Positions 41,089 to 49,741 of a stretch of 56,522 bases of DNA are shown in pieces. The notes beneath the pieces are model-generated. The model searched no databases. It saw only the letters and a list, made by a program, of their open reading frames with translations, and was not told the DNA's origin. The stretch is taken from positions 1 to 56,522 of the forward strand of contig JAUYAT010000057.1 of assembly GCA_030693295.1 (NCBI GenBank), in the 5' to 3' direction. Position 1 is the first letter of the stretch. Each line of letters starts with the position of its first letter. The position numbers and the translations under genes were made by a program. Source of the stretch: a bacterium. GTDB lineage: Bacteria; Patescibacteriota; Patescibacteriia; Patescibacteriales; VMTK01.

Positions 41089-42415
41089 CACTAGTGTCGC
41101 GTTAAAAATCAAATAATCTTAGCTGTTTTTTTGAAAATTCATCGCAATTTTGTAATTCCGTTTCAGAAAGCAGCGTATTTACGAGGGTTTTCTCGAATTG
41201 GGATACTGACAAAATTTGTAGAATTTCGTAGAGATTTCTCTTGATGCCTAATTTCTTTTTCATAATAGCAACCAGTAGAAAAGCGCACAAAGCGATGCAG
41301 ATTTGCGTCTTGACCGCGTTCGCCGAATAGCCCCAGAATACTTCAATCCGCAAATGCTGTTTAATCCATTTAAAGAATAATTCAATCTGCCAGCGATGCT
41401 TGTATAAGTCTGCGATTTTCTTCGCGTCAAGATTGAAGTGATTCGTCAGATAAGTATAGTATTTGCTCGTTTCAACGTCATAATATTTTATCCGCCTCAA
41501 TTTTTTCGGATAATATTTTTTAGAATAAAAGTGTTTCAGTTTAATAATCTGATCGCAGCGCAGTCCGGTTGATTTATCAACTTTATTTGAATACATTCTC
41601 TTGCATGATAAACTGCCTTTCGCGCGAATAACAAAAAATGCTTTTTGCCGATCGATTTTGAATAATCTCTCGAAGTCGAAGTAGCCGCGATCCATTATGT
41701 AGAACGCGCCTGCTTCAAACTCGAGAACATCCAGAAAGTTAACATCATGCGTTTTGGCCTCTGTTATGAGGAAAAACGAAGGAATATTGCCGCGTAAATC
41801 CAGTTGCGTATGAATTTTTACCGCTGATTTTCCCAGTTCGAAATAGGCCCATTTGAATGTCGCCAGGCACAACTCAATTACCGTCGAATCGAGCGCGTAA
41901 ACCGCGCCGTCAAGTTCGATGCTGAAATCATTGTCGTTGACATATAATTTTCTAGCCCGTCCAATTAATATTTGAGCCAAATCCCGATAGATCTGCCAGT
42001 CGCGATTTTCATTAGCGCGCGCCAATGTCGACAACATGAAATTATCAATTTTAAAGCCGAGGTGATACAATAAATTTGAATGAGCGTTCAAACACAAGAC
42101 GATGTTGCGCAGGCTGTGCAAGTTGGTCAGCTGACCGAACGCCAACGCGAGGAATTGATCACGACAGCTTAAATTACGAACACGATTGTTGCCGCAGTAA
42201 CGTTTAACGCATTTATCGAGTTCATATTGAGTGACAAATTCAATGATTTGCGCAAAAATATATTTTCCTTGGTTCATAGATAATTAACTTAATTTATTAA
42301 ATTATGCGCTAATTATCTCATTGAAAATTCAAATCGTAAAATTTTAAAAAGAGCAATTTATATTTAATATTAAATAATATTTTTTAAAATCTTTTTGCTT
42401 AACGCGACACTAGTG
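41089..42415 (-). mobile_element. IS4-family insertion sequence (1327 bp)
   Basis: Perfect 17-bp terminal inverted repeats CACTAGTGTCGCGTTAA (41089-41105) and TTAACGCGACACTAGTG (42399-42415). Flanks GCCGATACG / ACCGATTCG look like a decayed 9-bp target duplication. Confidence 0.85.
41102..42277 (-). CDS. IS4-family DDE transposase
   Basis: N-terminal MNQGKYIFAQIIEF..F.C.DQFL...FGQL....SLR pattern, DDE residues (YALDST, IMDRGY) and the IS4 hallmark Y-(2)-R-(3)-E-(6)-K in YKHRWQIELFFKWIK. Confidence 0.9.
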   Translation of the reverse strand: MNQGKYIFAQIIEFVTQYELDKCVKRYCGNNRVRNLSCRDQFLALAFGQLTNLHSLRNIVLCLNAHSNLLYHLGFKIDNFMLSTLARANENRDWQIYRDLAQILIGRARKLYVNDNDFSIELDGAVYALDSTVIELCLATFKWAYFELGKSAVKIHTQLDLRGNIPSFFLITEAKTHDVNFLDVLEFEAGAFYIMDRGYFDFERLFKIDRQKAFFVIRAKGSLSCKRMYSNKVDKSTGLRCDQIIKLKHFYSKKYYPKKLRRIKYYDVETSKYYTYLTNHFNLDAKKIADLYKHRWQIELFFKWIKQHLRIEVFWGYSANAVKTQICIALCAFLLVAIMKKKLGIKRNLYEILQILSVSQFEKTLVNTLLSETELQNCDEFSKKQLRLFDF

Positions 42416-42430
42416 ACCGATTCGTTAGCC
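42416..42430 (+). repeat. attC-like site 3, right part with GTTAGCC core
   Basis: ACCGATTCGTTAGCC. The GTT lies 30 nt before the next ATG, the same spacing as at the other sites. Confidence 0.4.
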
Positions 42431-42453
42431 GAAATAAATTTAATTTTTCTTTT

Positions 42454-42762
42454 ATGGATTTCAAAGAATTGCAAAACAAAGTCGTGCAAAACGCCATAAA
42501 TTACGGCAAGAAATACAATGTTCAAATTGACGAGGATTTCGCGCTGTTAAAATTATACGAAGAAGTCGGTGAATTGGCTCAAGCGGTTTTGATCCACAGG
42601 AAAAAGAGCCGGCCGGAAAAATATGTTTCGGAGGAAATTTCAAAAAAAGAGTTGGGGAAAGAATTGGCGGATGTTGTCGGTATGGCAATAATTAATGCTC
42701 ATTTGTTGGGAATTGATTTAGAAGAAGCGATAGATAAAAAATGGATTAATAAAGAAAAATAA
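42454..42762 (+). CDS. MazG-like nucleoside triphosphate pyrophosphohydrolase domain protein
   Basis: L.EEVGELA ... ELADV pattern (the EExxE...D metal site of all-alpha NTP-PPases), 102 aa. Confidence 0.7.
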   Translation: MDFKELQNKVVQNAINYGKKYNVQIDEDFALLKLYEEVGELAQAVLIHRKKSRPEKYVSEEISKKELGKELADVVGMAIINAHLLGIDLEEAIDKKWINKEK

Positions 42763-42858
42763 AAATTTACATAAATTTATTTTTGTCCTTTAAAACTTAA
42801 AAATTAGAATTGGGCGAAAAGAAAAATAAAAAATACAAAACAAAAGGAGGGAAAGAAG

Positions 42859-43143
42859 ATGAGCGAGAAGTTAAAAGAGCTTTTTCCTGGCGCAAAAATA
42901 ATTAAGTTGCCGTCGCTTGATCCTGAAATAGAGAGAGCGTTGCAGGAGTCTTGCGGAAATTTTAACAGAGCGTTAAAAAGGAGCGAGGAATCGTCTAAAA
43001 TTCCAGACATCAATTCTTGTGGGAAATGCCCAAGTTGTGGCAGTAGAAATTATTTTCCATTGTGGGGCGGCAGCTGTGATAAACAATGCGCAGATTGCAA
43101 AACTGCATACGATTGTGTAAACATGGAGGGTTGTCATGAATGA
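42859..43143 (+). CDS. hypothetical Cys-rich zinc-ribbon protein
   Basis: RBS AAGGAGGG. CGKCPSCGS ... CDKQCADC ... C..C cysteine pairs. No family recognised. Confidence 0.5.
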   Translation: MSEKLKELFPGAKIIKLPSLDPEIERALQESCGNFNRALKRSEESSKIPDINSCGKCPSCGSRNYFPLWGGSCDKQCADCKTAYDCVNMEGCHE

Positions 43144-43387
43144 GAAAAAGATTTCGGATTTAAAATTAATTCATACTATGACAGAGAAATAAAAGGAGAA
43201 GTTTTGTAAATTCCAAATGGAAGCGATAAGAATACCGTTAAGGAAGTCACAGCACTGGAAAGACACGGCATTACAAAGAGTAGGCGATACCGTTGTTTGG
43301 TATAAAGTGGGATTTTTTTAATAATTCCTTTATTAGTTTCCGCCGCAGTCTCTTTCAAAAAGAACTGCGGCATTTTCATTAAAAAAA

Positions 43388-43720
43388 TTAAACGTTTAGC
43401 CGCGCCGCGAAATTAAAGGCGTAAAAATATTTTTGCCATTGCTTGTCCGTGGAACAATAAATATTTTCTCCGGCAAAATAGTCAGCAAACACTTCTCGCG
43501 CTCTTAAAATTTCTTTTAATCTCTTTTTATTTTTGCCGTCAGCCACGGTTAAATCAAAAAGCTCCAGCGCTCTTATAAACGCTTTTTCAGCGTATTCCCC
43601 GCTGTTCTTATTTTTCCATTTTATGGCTCTTTCAACTTCACTGCCGATATTCGCCATTTGCTCAAAAAAAGAAAGTTCCTGCCATCGTCCGCCGGCTAAT
43701 TGTTGGTGTTGTATTGTCAT
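43388..43720 (-). CDS. hypothetical helical protein
   Basis: 110-aa ORF opposite to its neighbours. Helical composition; no motif recognised. Confidence 0.5.
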   Translation of the reverse strand: MTIQHQQLAGGRWQELSFFEQMANIGSEVERAIKWKNKNSGEYAEKAFIRALELFDLTVADGKNKKRLKEILRAREVFADYFAGENIYCSTDKQWQKYFYAFNFAARLNV

Positions 43721-43815
43721 TTGGTTATGTTATGGATTATTGTTAATGATAAACGAAAAATAATATATAGTCAATGAGTAGGGTATGCATAATGTATTTG
43801 TGCTATAATTAAAGC

Positions 43816-44451
43816 ATGCTGGATCTGATTGAGGAGCAAAATTTATTTAATGAAGGGTATAAATTGGTGGCAGGCATTGACGAGGCCGGGCGCGGACCAT
43901 TGGCCGGACCGGTAGTGGCGGCCTGCGTTATATTCAAGCCGGGTTTCAAGATGGAAGATTTGGAATTTTCCGAATTAAGATTGGTTAATGATTCAAAAAA
44001 ATTAAATGAGAAGAAAAGAGAAGCGCTTTTTAAGGTTATTAAAGAAGAGTGCCGCGGAATCGGCGTAGGCATCTGCGACCATAAAACGATTGACAGAATA
44101 AATATTCTGCAAGCGACATTTTTAGCGATGAAAAAAGCTATTGGAGCGCTGAAGGAGAAGCCCGAGTTTATTATGGTGGACGGCAAATTTTTAATCCCCA
44201 ATTGTTCATACAAGCAAAAGGCGATAATAGGCGGCGACAAATCGGTATTTTCCATCGCCGCCGCTTCAATTATCGCCAAAGTGACCAGGGACAGGATTAT
44301 GCGGAAAATGCATGAGCAATATCCCGACTACGGTTTTGACAAGCATAAGGGCTATGGCACAAAACTGCATTTAGCATGTTTAAAAAAATACGGGCCGTGC
44401 GAGATACATCGCAGAAGCTTTGGGCCGATTAGGCGAGTAAATAGTAAATAG
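43816..44451 (+). CDS. rnhB: ribonuclease HII
   Basis: GIDEAGRGPLAGPVV, DSKKL, ASIIAK, DKHKGYGT motifs. Confidence 0.92.
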   Translation: MLDLIEEQNLFNEGYKLVAGIDEAGRGPLAGPVVAACVIFKPGFKMEDLEFSELRLVNDSKKLNEKKREALFKVIKEECRGIGVGICDHKTIDRINILQATFLAMKKAIGALKEKPEFIMVDGKFLIPNCSYKQKAIIGGDKSVFSIAAASIIAKVTRDRIMRKMHEQYPDYGFDKHKGYGTKLHLACLKKYGPCEIHRRSFGPIRRVNSK

Positions 44452-44528
44452 TAAAATTCATAAATTCTTGTTAATAATAAAAAAATAGCTTATAATATAA
44501 ATAGCTTTATTTCATAACATTAAATTTT

Positions 44529-45083
44529 ATGCCAAGTATTGTGGGAGGCAATGCGCTGATTGATGTAAATTTAATAATAGACAAAGCGGGAATCGGCGAT
44601 AAAATGAAGATAGCCGATTTAGGCTGCGGCTCTTCCGGCCATTTTGTTTTTGCTCCGGCCCGGCTCGTAGGCAAAAAGGGCGCAGTTTACGCCGTTGATA
44701 TTTTAAAGCCCATATTAGAGACAATTAGTAGAAGGGCTAAGCAGGAAAATTTAGCTAATATTATTATTGTTTGGAGCGATTTGGAAATTTTTGGCGCGAC
44801 CAAAATAGAATCCAACAGCTTGGACGTAGCTTTATTAATAAATACATTATATTTATCGCGCAAAAGAGCGGAAATACTGCGCGAGGCGATTAGAATGGTA
44901 AAAAAGGGGGGCAAGCTGATTGTGGTTGAATGGAAAAATATCGCTTCGCCGCTCGGCCCTCCAGCTGAGGAAAGAGTAAAAAAGAATCTGCTTGAAACAG
45001 CGGCGAAAAAATTAAGCCTGAATTTAGATGAGGAGTTTGAAGCCGGAAAGTACCATTATGGAATGGTGTTTACTAAATTATAA
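44529..45083 (+). CDS. class I SAM-dependent methyltransferase
   Basis: ADLGCGSSGHF motif I, then VYAVDI and later GGKLIVVEW. Confidence 0.75.
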   Translation: MPSIVGGNALIDVNLIIDKAGIGDKMKIADLGCGSSGHFVFAPARLVGKKGAVYAVDILKPILETISRRAKQENLANIIIVWSDLEIFGATKIESNSLDVALLINTLYLSRKRAEILREAIRMVKKGGKLIVVEWKNIASPLGPPAEERVKKNLLETAAKKLSLNLDEEFEAGKYHYGMVFTKL

Positions 45084-45096
45084 ATATATTTGTTTT

Positions 45097-45486
45097 ATGA
45101 ACGATTTATTATCATTAAAATTTTGGTTTAATACCAGGCCGGGAATGCCGGGGGTTTTATATCAGCGCGGCTTTTTTGTTTTTATCGGAGTTTTAATTGT
45201 TTGCGCCTTTATTTTCGCGCTTTTGCGGGCGCGCGATAAAAAGAACTTGTATAATCCTGTTTGGCAAAAATTTTTTTCTTTCAGCTTGACCAACGCGATT
45301 ATCGGCTTGATTTTACTTTTTTTCACCTATGAATTAATCCCGGTTTTATCGTCGCGATTTTGGTTTTTATTTTGGGGCATAGAGATGATAATCTGGCTTG
45401 TTTTTATCGGCAAAACATTGGCCGGCATCCCGCAAAAAAGAAAACAACTGGAACAAGAAAGAGAATATAAAAAATATATCCCGTGA
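45097..45486 (+). CDS. hypothetical membrane protein (3 TM)
   Basis: ATG at 45097 chosen. Three hydrophobic helices, basic C-terminus. Confidence 0.5.
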   Translation: MNDLLSLKFWFNTRPGMPGVLYQRGFFVFIGVLIVCAFIFALLRARDKKNLYNPVWQKFFSFSLTNAIIGLILLFFTYELIPVLSSRFWFLFWGIEMIIWLVFIGKTLAGIPQKRKQLEQEREYKKYIP

Positions 45487-45500
45487 CGCGGGAGTGAAGT

Positions 45501-45860
45501 ATGAATTATAATCAAAAGGTCGGGCAATTCGGCGAAGAGCTGGCTAAAAATTATTTAGTTAAACACGGATATGTAATTGTCGCCCGCAATGTTAAAACTA
45601 ATTATCAGGAATTGGATATTGTCGCCAAAAAAGAGGATGTTTATGTGTTTGTTGAGGTTAAAACCCGCACGTCCGATACATATGGAGAGGCGGACGAGGC
45701 GGTTGACTATAGAAAGTTAAATAATTTAAAATACGCCGCGCAGAACTATTCATTCAGTAATAAAATATTTGAAGAAGATGTTAGAGTTGACCTTATTTCC
45801 GTGGATATTGATAAAGGTAAAAAAACAGCTAAAATAAAGCATTATCAAGGCATAGTTTAA
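45501..45860 (+). CDS. YraN-family (UPF0102) endonuclease
   Basis: G...E..A..YL...GY.I.ARN........E.DI.A......VFVEVKTR pattern. Confidence 0.85.
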   Translation: MNYNQKVGQFGEELAKNYLVKHGYVIVARNVKTNYQELDIVAKKEDVYVFVEVKTRTSDTYGEADEAVDYRKLNNLKYAAQNYSFSNKIFEEDVRVDLISVDIDKGKKTAKIKHYQGIV

Positions 45861-45885
45861 TATTCGTTGCGCGCTAAAATCGGAT

Positions 45886-45906
45886 TTATCCCCATTTTTA
45901 TCCACA
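45886..45906 (+). promoter_or_regulatory. two tandem DnaA-type boxes
   Basis: TTATCCCCA (45886-45894, 8 of 9) and perfect TTATCCACA (45898-45906). Confidence 0.45.
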
Positions 45907-45980
45907 AAATAATTAAGTTTTACCCCCAGATTGTCAACTGTCCATACACTTGACCGAATAATTTTATATAAGCTAAACTG

Positions 45981-46012
45981 AAAATACCATTAAAATGGTA
46001 TTTTATTTTTTT
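45981..46012 (+). terminator. rho-independent terminator
   Basis: AAAATACCA-TTAAAA-TGGTATTTT followed by ATTTTTTT. Confidence 0.5.
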
Positions 46013-46132
46013 CTTTTCCTATAACAAGGATTGCATATCAGGGTTGACGAGGTAGATTGGGTACGCCTAAAATACACCCATCAACCCTGATGTGAATAAT
46101 TTATCGTATTAGGAGGGGTGCGGCATAGTATT

Positions 46133-47221
46133 ATGGCCAAATACGCGAAAGCTTTAATTTTTTTATTTATTTTTTTCATTGGTTTATTGTTCGCGGCAAC
46201 TCGCGAAGTTCAGGCTGATGGCGTAAGCGCCTTAACAATACCGGCTCCAACCATAATTGAGCCGGATGAAAATACTGTAACCGGCAAGCTGAAGCCCTTG
46301 ATAAAGGGTCTTACGATCAACGGAACATTTGTTCGAGTTTACATTGACGGCGTTTATAACGGCAAGACTGATGTTTTAACGCATAATAGCGGCACGGCTA
46401 ATTTCGCTTATCAGCCGTTTTTAAATTTAAGCGAGGGGCGGCATATGGCTTGGGCCGTAGCGGAAGACGAAGCGGGCGAAAAAAGCGGAGTTTCCAATGT
46501 TTTAAGTTTTAAAATTGAAAAGCCGATGCCGGCGCCGACAATCTTTACTCCGGTGGTTAACGGCAATACTTCATATAATCGCCCTTTTATCGCGGGGTTG
46601 GCCAAAAACGACAGTTTGATTAAAATTTTTATTGACCATAAATTAGACGGCCAGTTTACAATAACAAACCATCAGTCAGGCGCGGCCAGCTTCGCTTATT
46701 CGCCGTATTTACCCTTGACAGGAGGCGGGCATTTGGTGTATGCTGTGGCAATAGATAATCGCGGCAAAGAAAGCAAATGGTCAAATATCGTTTATTTTGT
46801 TGTTAAGCAGCCGGCTGTCGCGCAAGTTGCCATGGAAGAAACCGTCCGGGAGACCGAAGTTGTTTCAGACGAAGAGAAAACTGAAGAGAAAATTCAAGCC
46901 GAAGAAAAGATAGCCGATGAAGAAATTCAGAAAATAATCGCGGAAGGCATTGAAAAAGAAAAGCCAAAAGAGGGCTTGATTAACGAGGATAAAGAAAAGC
47001 AAAGCAAATTGAATCTTAATTTGATTATATTTATTGTTTTTTTGCTTGCCGTGGCGGGCTGGATATTTTGGGTGAATCGAGAGCTAATTAAAGAAAAGCG
47101 CGGACAAGCCAAAAATAAAGGAGATGAAATAAATAAGCCGGTTATTAAAATTGAAGAAAAAGCAAAAACTGAAAACAAAGACAATCTATTTCCGCCACAG
47201 GAACAGCCGCCGCTAATTTAA
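46133..47221 (+). CDS. secreted/anchored protein with two Ig-like repeats, acidic linker and C-terminal TM anchor
   Basis: Signal peptide. Two about 90-aa internal repeats (..V.IYIDG...G......SG.A.FAY.P.L.L..G.H...AVA.D..G..S..SN...F.). EEK-rich linker and a TM near the C-terminus. ATG at 46133 preferred to the GTG at 46118. Confidence 0.65.
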   Translation: MAKYAKALIFLFIFFIGLLFAATREVQADGVSALTIPAPTIIEPDENTVTGKLKPLIKGLTINGTFVRVYIDGVYNGKTDVLTHNSGTANFAYQPFLNLSEGRHMAWAVAEDEAGEKSGVSNVLSFKIEKPMPAPTIFTPVVNGNTSYNRPFIAGLAKNDSLIKIFIDHKLDGQFTITNHQSGAASFAYSPYLPLTGGGHLVYAVAIDNRGKESKWSNIVYFVVKQPAVAQVAMEETVRETEVVSDEEKTEEKIQAEEKIADEEIQKIIAEGIEKEKPKEGLINEDKEKQSKLNLNLIIFIVFLLAVAGWIFWVNRELIKEKRGQAKNKGDEINKPVIKIEEKAKTENKDNLFPPQEQPPLI

Positions 47222-47325
47222 TTAAACATTGAAATTAATTTATATAGTTTAATAATACAGCCCAGGAAGGCCCTTCTTTATATAATAAAACTCCTTGCCA
47301 TAATGGTATGGAGTTTTATTATTTC

Positions 47326-47411
47326 AACTCCTCCCTTGCCCCCCTAATCTTAGAGGAGGGGATGAAATATAATTCCCTCCTCTTGTATAAGAGGAGGGTT
47401 GGGGTGGAGTT
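47326..47411. repeat. repeat family B copy, inverted orientation
   Basis: AACTCCTCCCTTGCCCCCCTAATCTTAGAGGAGGGG...TTCCCTCCTCTTGTATAAGAGGAGGGTTGGGGTGGAGTT. Confidence 0.75.
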
Positions 47412-47479
47412 AAAAAATATTGCAAAAACATAATAATAAATGTTATTATAATAATAGCAGTTTATTTCTATTTATCATT

Positions 47480-48688
47480 ATGACTAAATTATTAAAAATA
47501 GTTTTGCCGATTATATTATTTTTTTGTTTTTTAAGGCCCGCGTTAGCCCAAGACAAAGTAAATTTGTATTTTTTTTACGGCGATGGCTGTCCGCATTGCG
47601 CTAAAGAGGAAAAAATTTTAAATGCGCTGGAGAAAGAATATAAAGACATTAAAATTAACAGGTATGAAGTATGGAATAACCGCGATAACGCCCAATTTTT
47701 AGCCATGCTCGGCCGCGAATTAGGGCTGGATATAAGCGGCGTGCCTTTGTTGATAGTTGGCGATAAAACTTTTGCCGGTTTTTACAGCGCCGAAACAACA
47801 GGCGCGCAAATAAAAGCGGCTGTTGAAGATTATTTAACCAATGGCTGCGAGGATGTTGTGGCGCCGGTTTTAAAAAATCAGCAAGACAAGCAAGGACATG
47901 CCGGGAACTGCGACGGGAACTGCGACGGGAAAAAAGAATTGCCGGATAAAATAAATTTGCCGTTTTTAGGCGAAACAGAAATTAAAAATTTGTCTCTGCC
48001 TGTTTTAACTGTTGTGATAAGCGCCGCCGACGGGTTTAATCCATGCGCTATGTGGACGCTTTTATTTTTAATCAGTTTGCTTTTAGGCATGGAAAACAGA
48101 AAAAGAATGTGGATTTTGGGCTCGGCTTTCATAATCGCTTCCGGAGCGGTTTACTTTTTATTTTTATCCGCCTGGCTGAATTTATTTTTGTTTTTAGGAT
48201 TTGTTTTATGGATAAGAATTTCCATAGCCGTAGTAGCTTTAGTTAGCGGCGGGTTTCATTTAAGGGGCTGGTGGCTTAATCGCAAGGGCTGTCCGGTTGC
48301 CGGCGGCGGGAAAAGAAAGCTGATATTTGAAAAAATAAGGATTATTATTCAAACAAAAACATTTTGGCTGGCTTTTTTGGGCATAATTATTTTGGCTTGC
48401 GCGGTAAACTTGGTTGAGCTGGTTTGCTCCGCCGGACTGCCGGCTGTTTATACGCAGGTTTTGGCCTTGGCGCATTTGCCCGCATGGCAGTATTACGGCT
48501 ATTTGCTGCTGTATATTTTTATTTTCATGCTGGATGATATGTTTGTTTTTATTATTGCCATGGCGACATTGGAAATGAAAGCGATAAGCTCCCGCTATAC
48601 CCGCTGGTCAGGCCTTATCGGCGGCATTATTATGCTGATTATAGGTATTTTGCTTTTATTCAAACCGGGCTGGCTGATGTTCGGGTAG
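47480..48688 (+). CDS. thioredoxin-fold domain fused to a CcdA/DsbD-like thiol-transfer membrane domain
   Basis: Signal peptide. YFFYGDGCPHCAKEE (CxxC). GNCDGNCDG linker. Multi-TM region with conserved membrane cysteines (FNPCAMW, VCSAGLP). ATG at 47480. Confidence 0.65.
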   Translation: MTKLLKIVLPIILFFCFLRPALAQDKVNLYFFYGDGCPHCAKEEKILNALEKEYKDIKINRYEVWNNRDNAQFLAMLGRELGLDISGVPLLIVGDKTFAGFYSAETTGAQIKAAVEDYLTNGCEDVVAPVLKNQQDKQGHAGNCDGNCDGKKELPDKINLPFLGETEIKNLSLPVLTVVISAADGFNPCAMWTLLFLISLLLGMENRKRMWILGSAFIIASGAVYFLFLSAWLNLFLFLGFVLWIRISIAVVALVSGGFHLRGWWLNRKGCPVAGGGKRKLIFEKIRIIIQTKTFWLAFLGIIILACAVNLVELVCSAGLPAVYTQVLALAHLPAWQYYGYLLLYIFIFMLDDMFVFIIAMATLEMKAISSRYTRWSGLIGGIIMLIIGILLLFKPGWLMFG

Positions 48689-48693
48689 TTTTT

Positions 48694-49638
48694 TTATTCC
48701 CTGTAATACTTTGCCGCGGTTTCGGGAGGAACCGAATTAATAACTAGTCCCGAGCCCAGTTCAACTCCGGCCCAAATACTGTCACGGGGCTGGATTTTTA
48801 AATAGAAATGCTGGTCTCGATTGGAAATGACTTGGTGCATGAAGAAATTGAAAGCCAGATCAAGCGCGCGCAGTTTAAGCAGGATTTTTTTCAAAGCGCG
48901 GGCGAAAGACTTGAATTCATCGCTGTTTAATTTAACAATATTATCCAGATGCCTCTTGGTAAAAATCCAGGCCTCATAATGATATTCGCTGGCGTAGGGC
49001 GCGAAAGCGGCTATAAACTTATCTTCAAAGATTTTACGCTCGCTTTTCATTTCCTTTTTTATCATATCGCAATAAGCGCAGACTCCGTTTTGAATTTTAT
49101 AATTTTGCGCCAAGCCCAGTTCTTCGTGGACTTCAGGCGGCAGGATTTGCGTGGCGAAAATTTGCGAATGGGCATGCACCATTGAAGCGCCGGCTTTTGA
49201 TCCCTGGTTTTTAAAGCATAAAATATAGTCAATTTTCTTGTTTTTTGACAATTCTTCCGTGCGCCGGGCAAACATTTTTAAAACCTGTTCAATGTGCTCT
49301 TCGGGGAGTTCGGCCAGTTCTTTGGCATGGTCGGGTGTTTCTATGATAACTTCCTGCGCGCCAAAAGCTTTTTCATTGTCTAAAGTCACTGCCGGATAAA
49401 TATTTTTCAGGCATAGCACCTGCCATGTTTTGTCTGATTTTCCGCCCGGGGCCGGAATTTTATCCAAAATTTTATTTTGAGCGATATTTTCCAAACAAAA
49501 CGGGCAGGGCTTGGTCCGCTTGATAATCGTCTGCTCCTTGATATCGCGCGGCCGCGCCAGCCGGCCCGGCGTGATGATAACATACTTATTCAATAAATAG
49601 GATTTGCGAATTTCCGAGTTTTTAGGAATTGGAGCCAT
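48694..49638 (-). CDS. galactose-1-phosphate uridylyltransferase-like HIT-superfamily nucleotidyltransferase
   Basis: N-terminal CPFC zinc motif, FKN.G..AGAS..HAHSQIFA (HxHxQ active site), second half-domain. Confidence 0.7.
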   Translation of the reverse strand: MAPIPKNSEIRKSYLLNKYVIITPGRLARPRDIKEQTIIKRTKPCPFCLENIAQNKILDKIPAPGGKSDKTWQVLCLKNIYPAVTLDNEKAFGAQEVIIETPDHAKELAELPEEHIEQVLKMFARRTEELSKNKKIDYILCFKNQGSKAGASMVHAHSQIFATQILPPEVHEELGLAQNYKIQNGVCAYCDMIKKEMKSERKIFEDKFIAAFAPYASEYHYEAWIFTKRHLDNIVKLNSDEFKSFARALKKILLKLRALDLAFNFFMHQVISNRDQHFYLKIQPRDSIWAGVELGSGLVINSVPPETAAKYYRE

Positions 49639-49684
49639 AAATTTAGTTTAGTTAATCAGCTAATTTCATTATAGCATAAAACAA

Positions 49685-49717
49685 AAACCCCCAATATCTT
49701 TTTAAATTGGGGGTTTT
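49685..49717 (-). terminator. rho-independent terminator after pnp (bidirectional shape)
   Basis: AAACCCCCAAT ... ATTGGGGGTTT stem. On the minus strand it is followed by TTTGTTTT. Confidence 0.6.
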
Positions 49718-49741
49718 AAAATGATTTATATATTTTATTTT

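Noticed and set aside
43176-43379. 67-aa minus-strand ORF, and a 34-aa plus-strand ORF (MEAIRIPLRK...) in the gap after the zinc-ribbon gene
   Set aside because: There are no convincing RBS or motifs. The region contains degenerate attC-like pieces (CCGTTAAGG, CCGTTGTTT) and a hairpin, so it was left unannotated.
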